Of a stretch of DNA of 64,000 nt, positions 9,389 to 19,870 are shown in pieces. The stretch comes from Promethearchaeota archaeon (lineage in GTDB: Archaea; Asgardarchaeota; Lokiarchaeia; Sigyniarchaeales; SOKP01). Position 1 is the first letter of the stretch. Each line of letters begins with the position of its first letter. A program made the translations under genes and the position numbers. The stretch lies in the NCBI GenBank assembly GCA_019058445.1, contig JAHPZA010000003.1:160001-224000 (forward strand), in the 5' to 3' direction. The notes under the pieces are model-generated. The model searched no databases. It was given only the letters and a program-made list of their open reading frames with translations, and was not told the DNA's origin.

Positions 9389-10582
9389 GTGGGTTGCCAT
9401 GTCTTAAAACATTTATTAAATGGGATATTTAAATACAACAATCAAATAGTAATATATTCAAAAAAATTAAAAAATCAAATTAAAATGATAATAGATGAGA
9501 AACATCGCCAAAATTTATTAAATGTGGCTAGAAAACTTAAGTATGCCTGGTATTCCGTCCCAACTTACGAAGATGGCAAGCCTACAGACACGTATTTGGA
9601 ATATTTAAGCTTAATGTATAATCCAGAAATCGCTGAATTAATCCAAGTTCTTGAACTTTTCCCAAATACTCTCTCTCTTATAAAATTCGCAAAAAAAGTG
9701 AATATGGAAAAGCAGGAGCTAATGGAAAAACTAGAAGATATTACTCAAAATGGATTTGTGGTAAAGTTTGGAAGGCAATATGCCCTACCTTTTCCTTTAT
9801 TTATCCATGATGGCCCTTTTCTCATAGCAAAAACGTATAAAAGCAAAAACGGCTCCAAATTCGCGGAGTTGGGCACTAAATACTTTTATGAAGAGGAATA
9901 TTATAAAAAATGGCAAAATACTAAAGATGGAACCCCCCGAAACCGAATACTTACCGTTAGTGAAAATATTGAACCGGGACAAGAAATAGTACCTGCCGAA
10001 GAAGTATATAGTATTATTGATCAAAATACTGATTTTGCCGTCGTCCCTTGTCCCTGTCGAAATAGAGCTGAACTAGCAGGAACAAGAAAATGTAAAGATA
10101 AGTATCCAATTCATAATTGCCTTTTATTAGGCCCCTATGCTAAAGCTTCATTGGAATTTGGAGATCCGATTATTAAAGCCATTACCAAAGAAGAAGCTAA
10201 AGAGCTTATTAAAGAAGCTTCAGACCTTGGCCTCGTTCATAATACTGATAATAAAGCTAAAAATTGTACTATAATCTGTTCTTGCTGTGAATGCTGTTGC
10301 GGACATTTAACTGGAATGATTAAATATGGCAATCCAAGAGCAATCGGTAAGGCGAATTATCTTGCTCATGTCGATGAAAACTTATGTGTAGCTTGCGGTA
10401 CCTGCATAGACCGATGTAAATTCAGTGCTATTGTTGTTAATGACATAGCAGAAGTAAATTCTGATAAATGTGTAGGATGCGGGTTATGTGCTGTTACATG
10501 CCCAAATGATGCAATCACCATGAGACGGTTTGAAAGAGAAGAAGTACCACTTGACAGAGAAGAAATTGAAATCTTGGATTGA
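9389..10582 (+). CDS. 4Fe-4S ferredoxin-domain protein (likely start ATG 9485)
   Basis: CPCR, CSCCECCCG and two CxxCxxCxxxC motifs at the C-terminus. Confidence 0.85.
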   Translation: MGCHVLKHLLNGIFKYNNQIVIYSKKLKNQIKMIIDEKHRQNLLNVARKLKYAWYSVPTYEDGKPTDTYLEYLSLMYNPEIAELIQVLELFPNTLSLIKFAKKVNMEKQELMEKLEDITQNGFVVKFGRQYALPFPLFIHDGPFLIAKTYKSKNGSKFAELGTKYFYEEEYYKKWQNTKDGTPRNRILTVSENIEPGQEIVPAEEVYSIIDQNTDFAVVPCPCRNRAELAGTRKCKDKYPIHNCLLLGPYAKASLEFGDPIIKAITKEEAKELIKEASDLGLVHNTDNKAKNCTIICSCCECCCGHLTGMIKYGNPRAIGKANYLAHVDENLCVACGTCIDRCKFSAIVVNDIAEVNSDKCVGCGLCAVTCPNDAITMRRFEREEVPLDREEIEILD

Positions 10583-10657
10583 ACTTTTTATTATTAAAAA
10601 AGCTAATTCCTTTTGTATTACAATAATTATTTAATAGTTAAATATATCTGAATAATA

Positions 10658-11371
10658 ATGTTGCAACAAACTTTTACATTGAGTAGAATTCTACAAGTTT
10701 ACGTACTTCAGCTCGGAATGGGAATGTATTTCTTGATACTTGCCATTTTAGTTCTTAAAAGAAATACCAAGAGACTAAATCTGATTTTCGCTGGATTTTT
10801 TATATTTACATTTATAGGAGCCTTATTGAATGTTATTTACGCGCCAATTACAGATATTCCAATCGCTACAGTTTTAGCTTATCTTACAGTTTATTTTGCA
10901 TATTTTGCTCAAATTTTTTTATTAGTATTTAATCTCGTGCTATTAAAATCAACCAAAATCATTGATACTAAAAAGCAGTTCATGATTATAATTGTGTACG
11001 CTGTACTACTTTCCTTCGCCTTTTTTATTCCTAATGGTTTGACGATTAGCCAAAGCAATAATTACATTCCCTATTGGAATTTACCTTACTTTTTGTACCT
11101 TGTAATCTTGTCTCTTTCGGTTACTGTTGTACCATCAATTTATACATCGATAAAAATATATAATAAATTCGAAGATGAAGAAATAAAACGCAAATGGAAA
11201 TTCTACGTTTTTGGAATTTCGACATATTTTATAGCTTATTTGGGAATTTCTGTTTGTAATTATATTAACCATCCGACAATTAGGCTCATTTGGAACTCAT
11301 TTGCGCTACTGCTTTTTATTTGCTCGTATTTTATGTATTACGGCGTTGTAAAACAATTAAAATCAGAATAA
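10658..11371 (+). CDS. Standalone seven-transmembrane protein (HisKA_7TM-like)
   Basis: About 7 hydrophobic segments, no soluble output domain; paralog of 28889..29596. Confidence 0.75.
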   Translation: MLQQTFTLSRILQVYVLQLGMGMYFLILAILVLKRNTKRLNLIFAGFFIFTFIGALLNVIYAPITDIPIATVLAYLTVYFAYFAQIFLLVFNLVLLKSTKIIDTKKQFMIIIVYAVLLSFAFFIPNGLTISQSNNYIPYWNLPYFLYLVILSLSVTVVPSIYTSIKIYNKFEDEEIKRKWKFYVFGISTYFIAYLGISVCNYINHPTIRLIWNSFALLLFICSYFMYYGVVKQLKSE

Positions 11372-11485
11372 GCATAATTAATTCATTAATTTTTTTAATT
11401 TTTTTTAAGGAGAAAATTTTAATAGAAAATCTATAATATTTTGAAATGTTTTATTTCTTAGAATAGGAAAATTAGAAATAAAATT

Positions 11486-12304
11486 ATGCCTCTCACTAAA
11501 CGTATAATTCCGTGTTTAGATGTAACAGAAGGTCGAGTTGTCAAAGGTACTCGCTTCATTAATCTTAGAGATGCGGGGGATGCTGTTGAGTTAGGTGCTT
11601 TTTATGATGACCAAGGTGCAGATGAACTAGTTTTTCTAGACATTACCGCATCGTCTGATAAAAGAAAAATACTAATTGAACTAGTAGAAAGAACTGGTGA
11701 GCAGGTATTCATACCTTTTACTGTTGGTGGAGGATTACGTACAGTAAAAGATATCAAAGAAATCTTACGGGCTGGGGCAGATAAAATTTCATTAAATACA
11801 GCAGCAGTAAAAAATCCGAAGTTAATTTCTGAAGGCGCAAAAATTTTTGGTGCTCAATGCATTGTAACTGCCATTGATGCAAAAAGAGTGTATGTTGAGG
11901 CTCCTGAATATGCGAAAGATAAAGTTATAATAAAAATTGATAATGATAGATATTGTTGGTGGGAAGTATATATTCACGGAGGACGAACCCCCACTGGGAA
12001 AGATGCCATCCTTTGGGGAGAAGAAGCAACTAATTTAGGGAGTGGTGAAATTCTTTTAACGAGCATGGATAAAGACGGAACTCGTGATGGCTACGATTTA
12101 GAATTAACAAAAGCTTTTAGTGAAAGATTAAATGTTCCAATTATAGCTTCAGGTGGAGCAGGGAATCCTCAACATATTATCGACGCATTTAGTTTAGGTA
12201 AAGCAGATGCAGCATTGGCAGCTTCCATATTTCATTATAATGAATATCCCATTAAAATAGTTAAACAAGAGTGTAAAAAATCAGGAATTTCTATGAGGTT
12301 ATAG
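11486..12304 (+). CDS. hisF: Imidazole glycerol phosphate synthase, cyclase subunit
   Basis: [41 protein letters not shown]. Confidence 0.98.
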   Translation: MPLTKRIIPCLDVTEGRVVKGTRFINLRDAGDAVELGAFYDDQGADELVFLDITASSDKRKILIELVERTGEQVFIPFTVGGGLRTVKDIKEILRAGADKISLNTAAVKNPKLISEGAKIFGAQCIVTAIDAKRVYVEAPEYAKDKVIIKIDNDRYCWWEVYIHGGRTPTGKDAILWGEEATNLGSGEILLTSMDKDGTRDGYDLELTKAFSERLNVPIIASGGAGNPQHIIDAFSLGKADAALAASIFHYNEYPIKIVKQECKKSGISMRL

Positions 12305-12307
12305 CTT

Positions 12308-12937
12308 ATGCCACTTAATATTACTATCATTGATTATGAAATGGGCAATCTTAAAAGTATTTATAAGTGTTTAAAGCACTTAAACATTGAAGCTAAGATT
12401 ACAGATAATCCCAAATTGATATTAGATTCGGATGGCGTTATTTTACCGGGAGTGGGCGCTTTTGGTGATGCTATGATGCACTTGAAAGAGAAAAACCTAA
12501 TCCCAATCATTAAACAACTGATTAAAGATAATAAACCTCTATTTGGAGTTTGTTTAGGATTGCATCTGTTATATTCAAAAGGATATGAGATGGGGGAATT
12601 TGAGGGATTAGATATAATACAAGGTGAGGTCATTATTTTTGATAATTCAAAAGTAGATAAAATTCCTCAAATAGGATGGAATAATGTTGAATTTCAAAAT
12701 GATAAGCATTTTTTAATCCAAGGAATCCCAAACAATTCCTATTTCTACTTTGTACATAGTTTTTATGGAATCCCCAAGAATAAGGAGCAGGTTGTTGGTT
12801 TAACAAAATACGGTGAGATTGAATTCTGTTCAATTGTTAGTAAAGACAACGTTTTTGCTACTCAATTTCATCCAGAAAAATCGAGTAAATATGGAATTCA
12901 AATCTATCAGAATTTTGTAGATTTTTGTAAGAGATAA
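12308..12937 (+). CDS. hisH: Imidazole glycerol phosphate synthase, glutaminase subunit
   Basis: GNL, LPGVGAF, GVCLG, YFVHS, QFHPEKS. Confidence 0.97.
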   Translation: MPLNITIIDYEMGNLKSIYKCLKHLNIEAKITDNPKLILDSDGVILPGVGAFGDAMMHLKEKNLIPIIKQLIKDNKPLFGVCLGLHLLYSKGYEMGEFEGLDIIQGEVIIFDNSKVDKIPQIGWNNVEFQNDKHFLIQGIPNNSYFYFVHSFYGIPKNKEQVVGLTKYGEIEFCSIVSKDNVFATQFHPEKSSKYGIQIYQNFVDFCKR

Positions 12938-13012
12938 GGGCTTATCAGATTAATAATTGGATTTAAAAATTTAGCTTGAATTAACAATGTTTAACTTATT
13001 AATTGCTTATAA

Positions 13013-14566
13013 TTAGTATATCCCATTTTGTTCTGATTTCTTATATCTTTCTTTTAAAATGGATTCTTCTAAATGTTTAATTTTGTCAGTATGTTTTAAA
13101 GGATATTCCCCGGTTAAGCATGCTAAACATAATTGACTTTCATCTTTTCCAATAGATTTTTTTAAATCATCAAGAGTTTGATAAAGAAGGGAATCAGCAC
13201 CAATGGTATTCCTAACTTTATTAATATATTCCTTTTCTCCATATTTCTCTTTATTCTTTCCAGCAATTAATTCTTTGGTTGTAGGAAAATCAATACCCAT
13301 ATAACACGCACTGACTACAGGTGGGCAACTTACTCTAACATGAACCGATTTGGCTCCTCCCTTTTGTCTTAATAAAGAAACTATTTGTTTTGTAGTAGTA
13401 CCTCGCACAATAGAATCATCAAATAGAATTACATCTTTTCCTTGAATAACACTCTTAATAGGGTTTAATTTTTCTTTTACAGCTGCTTTTCGTGTTTTTT
13501 GTCCGGGCATAATGAATGTTCGCCATACGTATCGATTTTTCATTAACCCTTCTACATAGGGTAATCTCGATTGTTTTGCATACCCTACTGCAGCACTTCT
13601 TCCTGAATCAGGCACAGGTACAACGATCGCATTCTTTTTAAATTCTTGATCTAAAAGTTGAGGGTCTTTTACTGCTAAATTTTCGCCCATTCTCAATCTG
13701 GCTTGGGCTACAGAAACTCCATCAATAATGGAATCAGGTCGGGCAAAATATACAAATTCGAATTGACATAACGCAGTTCTTTCTGCTTTTAAAACCAATT
13801 CCGATTGAATATCCTTTTGATGGCTTAAATGTACTATTTCTCCTGGTTTTACATCTCTTAAAAAATTAGCTCCTACAGTATCAATCGCACAAGATTCAGA
13901 GGCAACAAAATAGAGATTTCTTTTTTCAGTCTTTAATTCCCCAATACATAAGGGTTTAAAGCCTTTTGGATCTCTTATTGCATAAATATCTCCATCAGCT
14001 GTCATGATGACCAGAGAATAAGACCCATCTAATAGTTTACTAGCAATTTTTAAAATTTCTGGCCATTTTTCAGTCCCTATGGCAATAGACGCAATTAATT
14101 GAGCTATAACTTCAGTGTCCGTATTAGTAACAAATATTCTACCTAAATCATCCATTTTTTTCTTAATGTCATCATATACAGGAATTGTTCCATTAAATGC
14201 TAATGAAAATTCTATATCATTATTCTTAAAATGAAAGGGTTGAATATAATCGAGCGATTCATATTCAGAGCTTCCTGTTGTCGCATATCTATTATGCCCA
14301 ATTCCAACATTACCCCAAAATTGACTTAATTTGTTATCGGTTAATACTTGTGACACTAATCCTTTTCTTTTATAAGTATAGATTTTGCCGCCTGTTTTTA
14401 AAATAGATATCCCCGAACTTTCTTGACCCCGATGTTGTTGAGCAATTAATCCTTGATATAATAATTTAGAGACAGAAAAAGCAACATCATCACAGGTAAC
14501 CCCAAAAATTGCACAATGTTCGAGAGGTTTATCTCGCATGAGGTTTCCTTTTCTTTTTAAAAACAT
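13013..14566 (-). CDS. purF: Amidophosphoribosyltransferase (likely start ~14539)
   Basis: Propeptide then CAIFG Ntn nucleophile, QHRGQES, GHNRYAT, PVPDSG, DDSIVRGTT, CLACLTG. Confidence 0.97.
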   Translation of the reverse strand: MFLKRKGNLMRDKPLEHCAIFGVTCDDVAFSVSKLLYQGLIAQQHRGQESSGISILKTGGKIYTYKRKGLVSQVLTDNKLSQFWGNVGIGHNRYATTGSSEYESLDYIQPFHFKNNDIEFSLAFNGTIPVYDDIKKKMDDLGRIFVTNTDTEVIAQLIASIAIGTEKWPEILKIASKLLDGSYSLVIMTADGDIYAIRDPKGFKPLCIGELKTEKRNLYFVASESCAIDTVGANFLRDVKPGEIVHLSHQKDIQSELVLKAERTALCQFEFVYFARPDSIIDGVSVAQARLRMGENLAVKDPQLLDQEFKKNAIVVPVPDSGRSAAVGYAKQSRLPYVEGLMKNRYVWRTFIMPGQKTRKAAVKEKLNPIKSVIQGKDVILFDDSIVRGTTTKQIVSLLRQKGGAKSVHVRVSCPPVVSACYMGIDFPTTKELIAGKNKEKYGEKEYINKVRNTIGADSLLYQTLDDLKKSIGKDESQLCLACLTGEYPLKHTDKIKHLEESILKERYKKSEQNGIY

Positions 14567-14687
14567 AATACTTTTTCCATTCAGAGAAAGTTTAAGAGAA
14601 ACAATTTAATTAACTTCAATTAATTAGAATCAATTATATTTTTTAACAATTAGTTTAATAGATTATTAACAATTTAATCAAAAAAAA

Positions 14688-15362
14688 ATGTCAAATATAA
14701 GCGGTAATAATAAATATCTAGCTTTTGTCATCCTCATTGGAGGAAAAAGTACCCGCTTTGGTACTGATAAAGGTCTTTATGAATTTTTAGGAAAACCATT
14801 AATTGTGTACCAACTGGAAGTTTTAGCTCGATTTAATAATGATATTTATGTGGTTGCTCATTCTCAAAACCAAGTTCAAAAGTATGTAAATGATATTGAT
14901 TATAGGAATATAACCGCTTTTATCTTAGACGATAAAGAATGTACCTCGGGAAAAAAAATACGATCACCTTTAATCGGAATATGCTCCGCATTTAAAGAAA
15001 TAGAAAAATTAGGATATGAAAAGGCTTTTACTCTATCATGTGATTTGCCTCTTATTAATCCTGAAGTAGTTAATTTATTATTAAAGCATTCTAAAGATGT
15101 CGATTGTTGTGTTCCAAGATGGAATAATAACTATTTAGAACCATTATTTGCCATATATCCTGTTAAAAAAGCACTTCAAGAAATAGAGGAAAATCTTCAG
15201 AATGAAACCTATAAATTGACAAGCATTTTAAATAGGGATTGGAGTATTAAATATATCTCGATTGAAGAGGAAATTCAACCATTAGACGATAAATTACTTA
15301 CTTTTTTAAACATTAATAATCATGTTGATATAGACAAATTATTAGAAATATACCAAAATTAA
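14688..15362 (+). CDS. mobA: Molybdenum cofactor guanylyltransferase
   Basis: LIGGKSTRFGTDK, PLIG, CDLP, EPLFAIY, NIN. Confidence 0.9.
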   Translation: MSNISGNNKYLAFVILIGGKSTRFGTDKGLYEFLGKPLIVYQLEVLARFNNDIYVVAHSQNQVQKYVNDIDYRNITAFILDDKECTSGKKIRSPLIGICSAFKEIEKLGYEKAFTLSCDLPLINPEVVNLLLKHSKDVDCCVPRWNNNYLEPLFAIYPVKKALQEIEENLQNETYKLTSILNRDWSIKYISIEEEIQPLDDKLLTFLNINNHVDIDKLLEIYQN

Positions 15363-15376
15363 GTGATCAGAAGTAT

Positions 15377-15754
15377 ATGGAAGATTTTAATTGGAAAGAG
15401 ATTAAAGAAAAGCTCCAAAAAGCTGTAGAAATAGAAGTTAATGAGAAAGAATTGGCTGTTAAAATTAAAATTTTAGAGCCAAATGTCGAAGAGGCCCAAA
15501 TGGTAGGAAATATGTTGAAAAGTGAAGATGAAATGAAACAATCATTATCAGCCTTTATTAATCAAAATCAACCCATTGATTGCGATGTTGAAGTAAATCA
15601 AGAAGAAAAGTTTATTGAAATTAAATTCAGAGAGAAAGAATTTTGGGAAAAAACTCATCAATTATTTAATGAGATGTTTTTCGGAGATTATCTTAAAAAA
15701 ATGATTGAAGCCATGATGGGTGCTTTTGGAGGAATTTTTGGTAAAGAGGATTAA
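15377..15754 (+). CDS. Hypothetical acidic protein
   Basis: 125-aa ORF 14 bp after mobA with GTGAT SD-like motif. Confidence 0.7.
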   Translation: MEDFNWKEIKEKLQKAVEIEVNEKELAVKIKILEPNVEEAQMVGNMLKSEDEMKQSLSAFINQNQPIDCDVEVNQEEKFIEIKFREKEFWEKTHQLFNEMFFGDYLKKMIEAMMGAFGGIFGKED

Positions 15755-15773
15755 AATCTATCTCTTTTTTTAA

Positions 15774-15918
15774 ATAAAAATTATTCTTTTATCTCTTTTA
15801 TTATTCTGAAAAAAATCTATTACTTTAATACTTTAATAATTATAGAATTTAAGTCAATTCAGTGAAATATTGAAAAACATTGGTAACACACTATAAAAGT
15901 AATAGAATCTTCAAAATA
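15774..15918. repeat. 145-bp direct repeat, copy 1 (internal inverted arms)
   Basis: Ungapped match to 17933..18077, 17 mismatches counted by hand (~88%); TCTATTACTTT (15816-15826) is the reverse complement of AAAGTAATAGA (15896-15906). Confidence 0.9.
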
Positions 15919-16032
15919 ATTTTGGTTTTCAAATCCAAAATTTTTTAATAGTCTAAAGATTAATCTTTTGAGTTAATTATAAAAGATTGCTAAATGCCTA
16001 AAAGATAATAAAATAAATTTGTTGAAATCATT

Positions 16033-17637
16033 ATGATATCAGCAATAATAATACCAATCGTCTTTTTTTTGATTATTTTTTTTATAATTACTGGTAGGAA
16101 AAATCGCCTTCAAATTGCGTTTGCTGGCGCTATTATGTCCATAATTTCTTTAATGTTTTTTGATCAAACGGATACCTCCCTAATAATTGAGTTCATTATT
16201 GGCAAAAATTTTGTTAACTTGCATACAGTTTTCTTTATTTTAGGGATGATGATTATAATAGCTAAATGTCAAGAAGAAGGTGTTTTTATATATATTGCAT
16301 TTAAAATAGTACAAAAAACAGGACATAATCGATATTTACTACTTTTCAGTTTATGTTTCTTAACTTTTACGTTTTCATCATTCCTAAATAACATTTTATG
16401 TATTTTTCTTATAATTCCTCTTACTATAACAATTTGTAAAATTCTCGATGTAAATCCTATCCCCTATATATTAGCTGAAGCAATGGTTGTAAATCTGGGG
16501 GGGTTATTATTTGTTATTAGTTCTATTCCTAATATCATAATAAGTCATACAATTAACTGGACGTTTTTTCAGTATTTTATTGATGTTGGGATTTTTGCAA
16601 TAATACTATTTGTATTAACTTCTACATTACTGTATGGTTATAACAAATACAAATTGGATATCGCTGATAAGAAGCGGATTGAAATTTTAATCCAATATGA
16701 TGCTTGGACATTCGTCCAAAATCGTGTTAATTTTTATAAATCTTTAGTTGTGTTAATAGTTTCTCTCGTAATGATAATAGCTTTACCTATAATTTTCACA
16801 ATTGATATTGATATAATAGCTCTTTCTGGTGCTGCTTTTGTTATGGTAGTGCTTGTAAATAAAAAACAGTTTGTTGAGTTCTGGAAAAGTTTAGATATCG
16901 AATTAATTTTTTATTTGATGTGTATTTTATTTATCTCAGAAGCGCTCGAATATACTGGTGTTTTAAAGTTCCTTTCTGATTTTATAAATGGAGTATCAGG
17001 CGGAAATTTTTTAATTTCATTAATTTTAATTCTTTGGTTATCAGCTATAATTAGTTCATTTGTACATAACGCAGCCGTCACAAAAGTTCTAATTCCTGTC
17101 GTTGAGGATTTAACTACTCTTGAAAACCAAAGAGACGGTTTTTCAGCTTTATCAATAGGAACTATTTTAGGCGAAAATTTATCGATCATGGGAGATAATT
17201 TAGTTATAATTACAATGACTAATAATTATGGGTTTAAACTTAAATTTTCTACATTTCTTAAATTAGGAATATCTATAACATTGTTACAATTGATAGCAGC
17301 AACTTTCTTCCTTATGATGAAAATCAATATACATTTCTTCTTTATAGGACTTATTTGTTTAATTGCATTAATATTTGGCATTATATTCCTTATTTCTCTC
17401 ACTACTTATTCTGCATATGTGGTCAATGAGAAGTGTGATAGATGCGGCCTCTGTGTTAACTCATGTCCGGTAAATGCTATAAGTTTAAACGAAGACAAAT
17501 TAAGAATTTATCAAAAAATATGCGTAGGATGTGGTAATTGCATTAAATATTGTAAACATAATGCCATAGAAATAAAAAGATATGGTCCAAAAAATATCTT
17601 AGTTCCACCTCCTACCATAAAAGAGAATGGAACTTAA
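16033..17637 (+). CDS. ArsB/NhaD/SLC13-like permease fused to C-terminal 2x[4Fe-4S] ferredoxin
   Basis: Multi-TM body with SSFLNN and SSFVHN repeats typical of the IT superfamily; tail CDRCGLCVNSCP / CVGCGNCIKYC. Confidence 0.8.
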   Translation: MISAIIIPIVFFLIIFFIITGRKNRLQIAFAGAIMSIISLMFFDQTDTSLIIEFIIGKNFVNLHTVFFILGMMIIIAKCQEEGVFIYIAFKIVQKTGHNRYLLLFSLCFLTFTFSSFLNNILCIFLIIPLTITICKILDVNPIPYILAEAMVVNLGGLLFVISSIPNIIISHTINWTFFQYFIDVGIFAIILFVLTSTLLYGYNKYKLDIADKKRIEILIQYDAWTFVQNRVNFYKSLVVLIVSLVMIIALPIIFTIDIDIIALSGAAFVMVVLVNKKQFVEFWKSLDIELIFYLMCILFISEALEYTGVLKFLSDFINGVSGGNFLISLILILWLSAIISSFVHNAAVTKVLIPVVEDLTTLENQRDGFSALSIGTILGENLSIMGDNLVIITMTNNYGFKLKFSTFLKLGISITLLQLIAATFFLMMKINIHFFFIGLICLIALIFGIIFLISLTTYSAYVVNEKCDRCGLCVNSCPVNAISLNEDKLRIYQKICVGCGNCIKYCKHNAIEIKRYGPKNILVPPPTIKENGT

Positions 17638-17932
17638 TATCTCTTGTTTAATTTCCCCTATCTTCATTCTTACCTTAAAGATACTTCTAATTTATACATT
17701 AATCCACTCTAAATAATTTTCTTTTGCCAAAGGTAAAATTTCTACGGTTATAAGTAATATAAGCATTCGATGAACCCCCCGTTAAAGTTTTTGGAAAAGA
17801 ATAACCTACTTTCAATCTCCCTCGTTTTAATAAAAATTGCTCAATTTCTTGATTTAAAGTAATTTCATATTCACCCGACTAATTTATTCAAATCCTCTTA
17901 TTCCCTTAAAATAAACTCTCTATTTATTTTTT

Positions 17933-18077
17933 ATAAAAATTACTTTTTTATCTCTTTTAATATTCTGAAAAATATCTATTACTTTAATACTTTAAGAGTT
18001 ATAGAACTTAAGTCAATTCAGTGAAACAATGAAAATTGTAAGTAAAACACTATAAAAGTAATAGACTCTTTAAAATA
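17933..18077. repeat. 145-bp direct repeat, copy 2, upstream of fwdA
   Basis: See copy 1; offset 2159 bp. Confidence 0.9.
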
Positions 18078-18148
18078 TTAGAATAATCTTAAAAGTTAAT
18101 AACTATAAAATTCTATTAAAATTATAGCTACAATTAAGGAAGATTACC

Positions 18149-19870
18149 ATGAAAGATCTAATTATTAAAAATGGTATTGTATTTGACCCATCAAACGGAA
18201 TTGACGGCGAGAAAAAAGAGATTCACATTAAAGACGGAGCTGTTGTTGATAAAGTTAACGGAGATGCCAAAGTCATTGACGCCTCGGGGATGATTGTGTT
18301 TCCGGGAGGGGTCGATCCTCACACTCATATAGCTGGGGCAAAAGTTAATACAGGACGGGCTTTCAGACCGGAAGATAAACCAATGGAAGCGACCATGAAA
18401 AAAACTAAAACTACTCGAAGCGGTACCGGATTTTCTGTTCCAAGCACATGGATGACAGGATACAAATATGCTCAATTAGGGTATACCACTGCCGCAGAAC
18501 CCGCTATGCCTTTACTTGAGGCTAGACATACACATGAGGAATTTTTAGAAATGCCCATTTTAGACAAATTAGCATTTCCTCTCTTGGGGAATAATTGGTT
18601 TGTGCTCGACTATATTAAAAATGGCGATATTGACAAATTAGCAGGATACGTCGCATGGGTTCTCAAAGCGACCAAAGGGTATGCCGTGAAGATTGTAAAC
18701 CCCGGAGGGGTTGAAAACTGGGCCTGGGGAAAAAACGTTGAATCTCTTGACGACCAGGTATATCATTGGGGGGTCACTCCGAGACAAATCGTTGAGAACT
18801 TAGCAAAAGTTAATGAAATATTAGAATTACCACACTCCATTCACGTACATTGTAATAATCTTGGCCATCCGGGAAATGTTGCCCATTCACTTGATACGTT
18901 TAAGATTTGTGAGAATATTGAGCCAAAAGGAGGAAAAAAGACAAGCCTTCATATAACACATTGCCAGTTTAATGCCTATGGAGGTACGAATTGGGGTAAT
19001 TTCGAATCGGGTGCCTCTGAAGTTGCCGAATATATAAATTCACACAAACACATTACAATTGATAGTGGACAAGTGGTTTTCACTAAATATGCTACCACTA
19101 CAATGACTGGGGACGGACCTTGGGAATTTGCGCTCCACCACCTTGGTGGAATGAGCCCTTGGGGTGCGAAACCAGGCATAAAATGGTGCAATGGTCAAGT
19201 AGAAGGAGAATCAGGCTCTGGAATCGTACCATATTTCTTTTCGCCAAAAGTTGCAGTGAATGCGATTCAATGGGCAATTGGGCTGGAATTACTTCTTTTA
19301 GTGAAGGATCCATATCAAATACTTATGACTACTGACCATCCTAATGGCGCACCCTTTACAACATATCCTATAGTCTTTAAATGGCTTATGGATAAGAGTA
19401 CAAGGAAAGACATGCTTGAGAATGTAGTTTCCAAAAAAGCTAGTGAAAAAACAGTGCTCCCCGATCTTGATAGAGAATATACACTTAACGAGCTCTGTAT
19501 TTCTACGAGAGCTGGACCTGCTAAATTACTAGGCTTAAAGGATAGAGGGCATTTAGGAGTTGGAGCAATCGGAGATGTCGCAATCTACAAGCTTGATCCA
19601 AATAAATATGATGGACATGCGATAGAAAAAGCATTTTCGGCAGCAGCTTATACGATTAAAGAAGGTCAAATCGTTGTCAAGGACGGAGAAATCATGGCGT
19701 CTCCTGCGGGGACTCTGATCTGTGCGGAAGGTAAAATAAAAGAGAGCACATACGAGGCAACTATAGAGGACGTTCAATCCCATTGGAGGGATCATTATAG
19801 TATTAATTTTAACAACTATGCCGTCCAAGACGCATATGCTCCAAAAGTTAAAATTGTTAATGGTATCTAA
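18149..19870 (+). CDS. fwdA: Formylmethanofuran dehydrogenase subunit A
   Basis: GGVDPHTHIAG, KIVNPGG, SIHVHCNNLG, AIQWAIGLEL, TTDHPNG. Confidence 0.95.
   Translation: MKDLIIKNGIVFDPSNGIDGEKKEIHIKDGAVVDKVNGDAKVIDASGMIVFPGGVDPHTHIAGAKVNTGRAFRPEDKPMEATMKKTKTTRSGTGFSVPSTWMTGYKYAQLGYTTAAEPAMPLLEARHTHEEFLEMPILDKLAFPLLGNNWFVLDYIKNGDIDKLAGYVAWVLKATKGYAVKIVNPGGVENWAWGKNVESLDDQVYHWGVTPRQIVENLAKVNEILELPHSIHVHCNNLGHPGNVAHSLDTFKICENIEPKGGKKTSLHITHCQFNAYGGTNWGNFESGASEVAEYINSHKHITIDSGQVVFTKYATTTMTGDGPWEFALHHLGGMSPWGAKPGIKWCNGQVEGESGSGIVPYFFSPKVAVNAIQWAIGLELLLLVKDPYQILMTTDHPNGAPFTTYPIVFKWLMDKSTRKDMLENVVSKKASEKTVLPDLDREYTLNELCISTRAGPAKLLGLKDRGHLGVGAIGDVAIYKLDPNKYDGHAIEKAFSAAAYTIKEGQIVVKDGEIMASPAGTLICAEGKIKESTYEATIEDVQSHWRDHYSINFNNYAVQDAYAPKVKIVNGI

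Noticed and set aside
10658-11371. Microbial rhodopsin
   Set aside because: No retinal-binding lysine in the seventh helix of either 7TM paralog.
15816-15906. MITE interpretation of the inverted-arm element
   Set aside because: Similarity between copies extends ~40 bp beyond the left arm, and there is no target-site duplication or transposase, which does not fit independent insertions.
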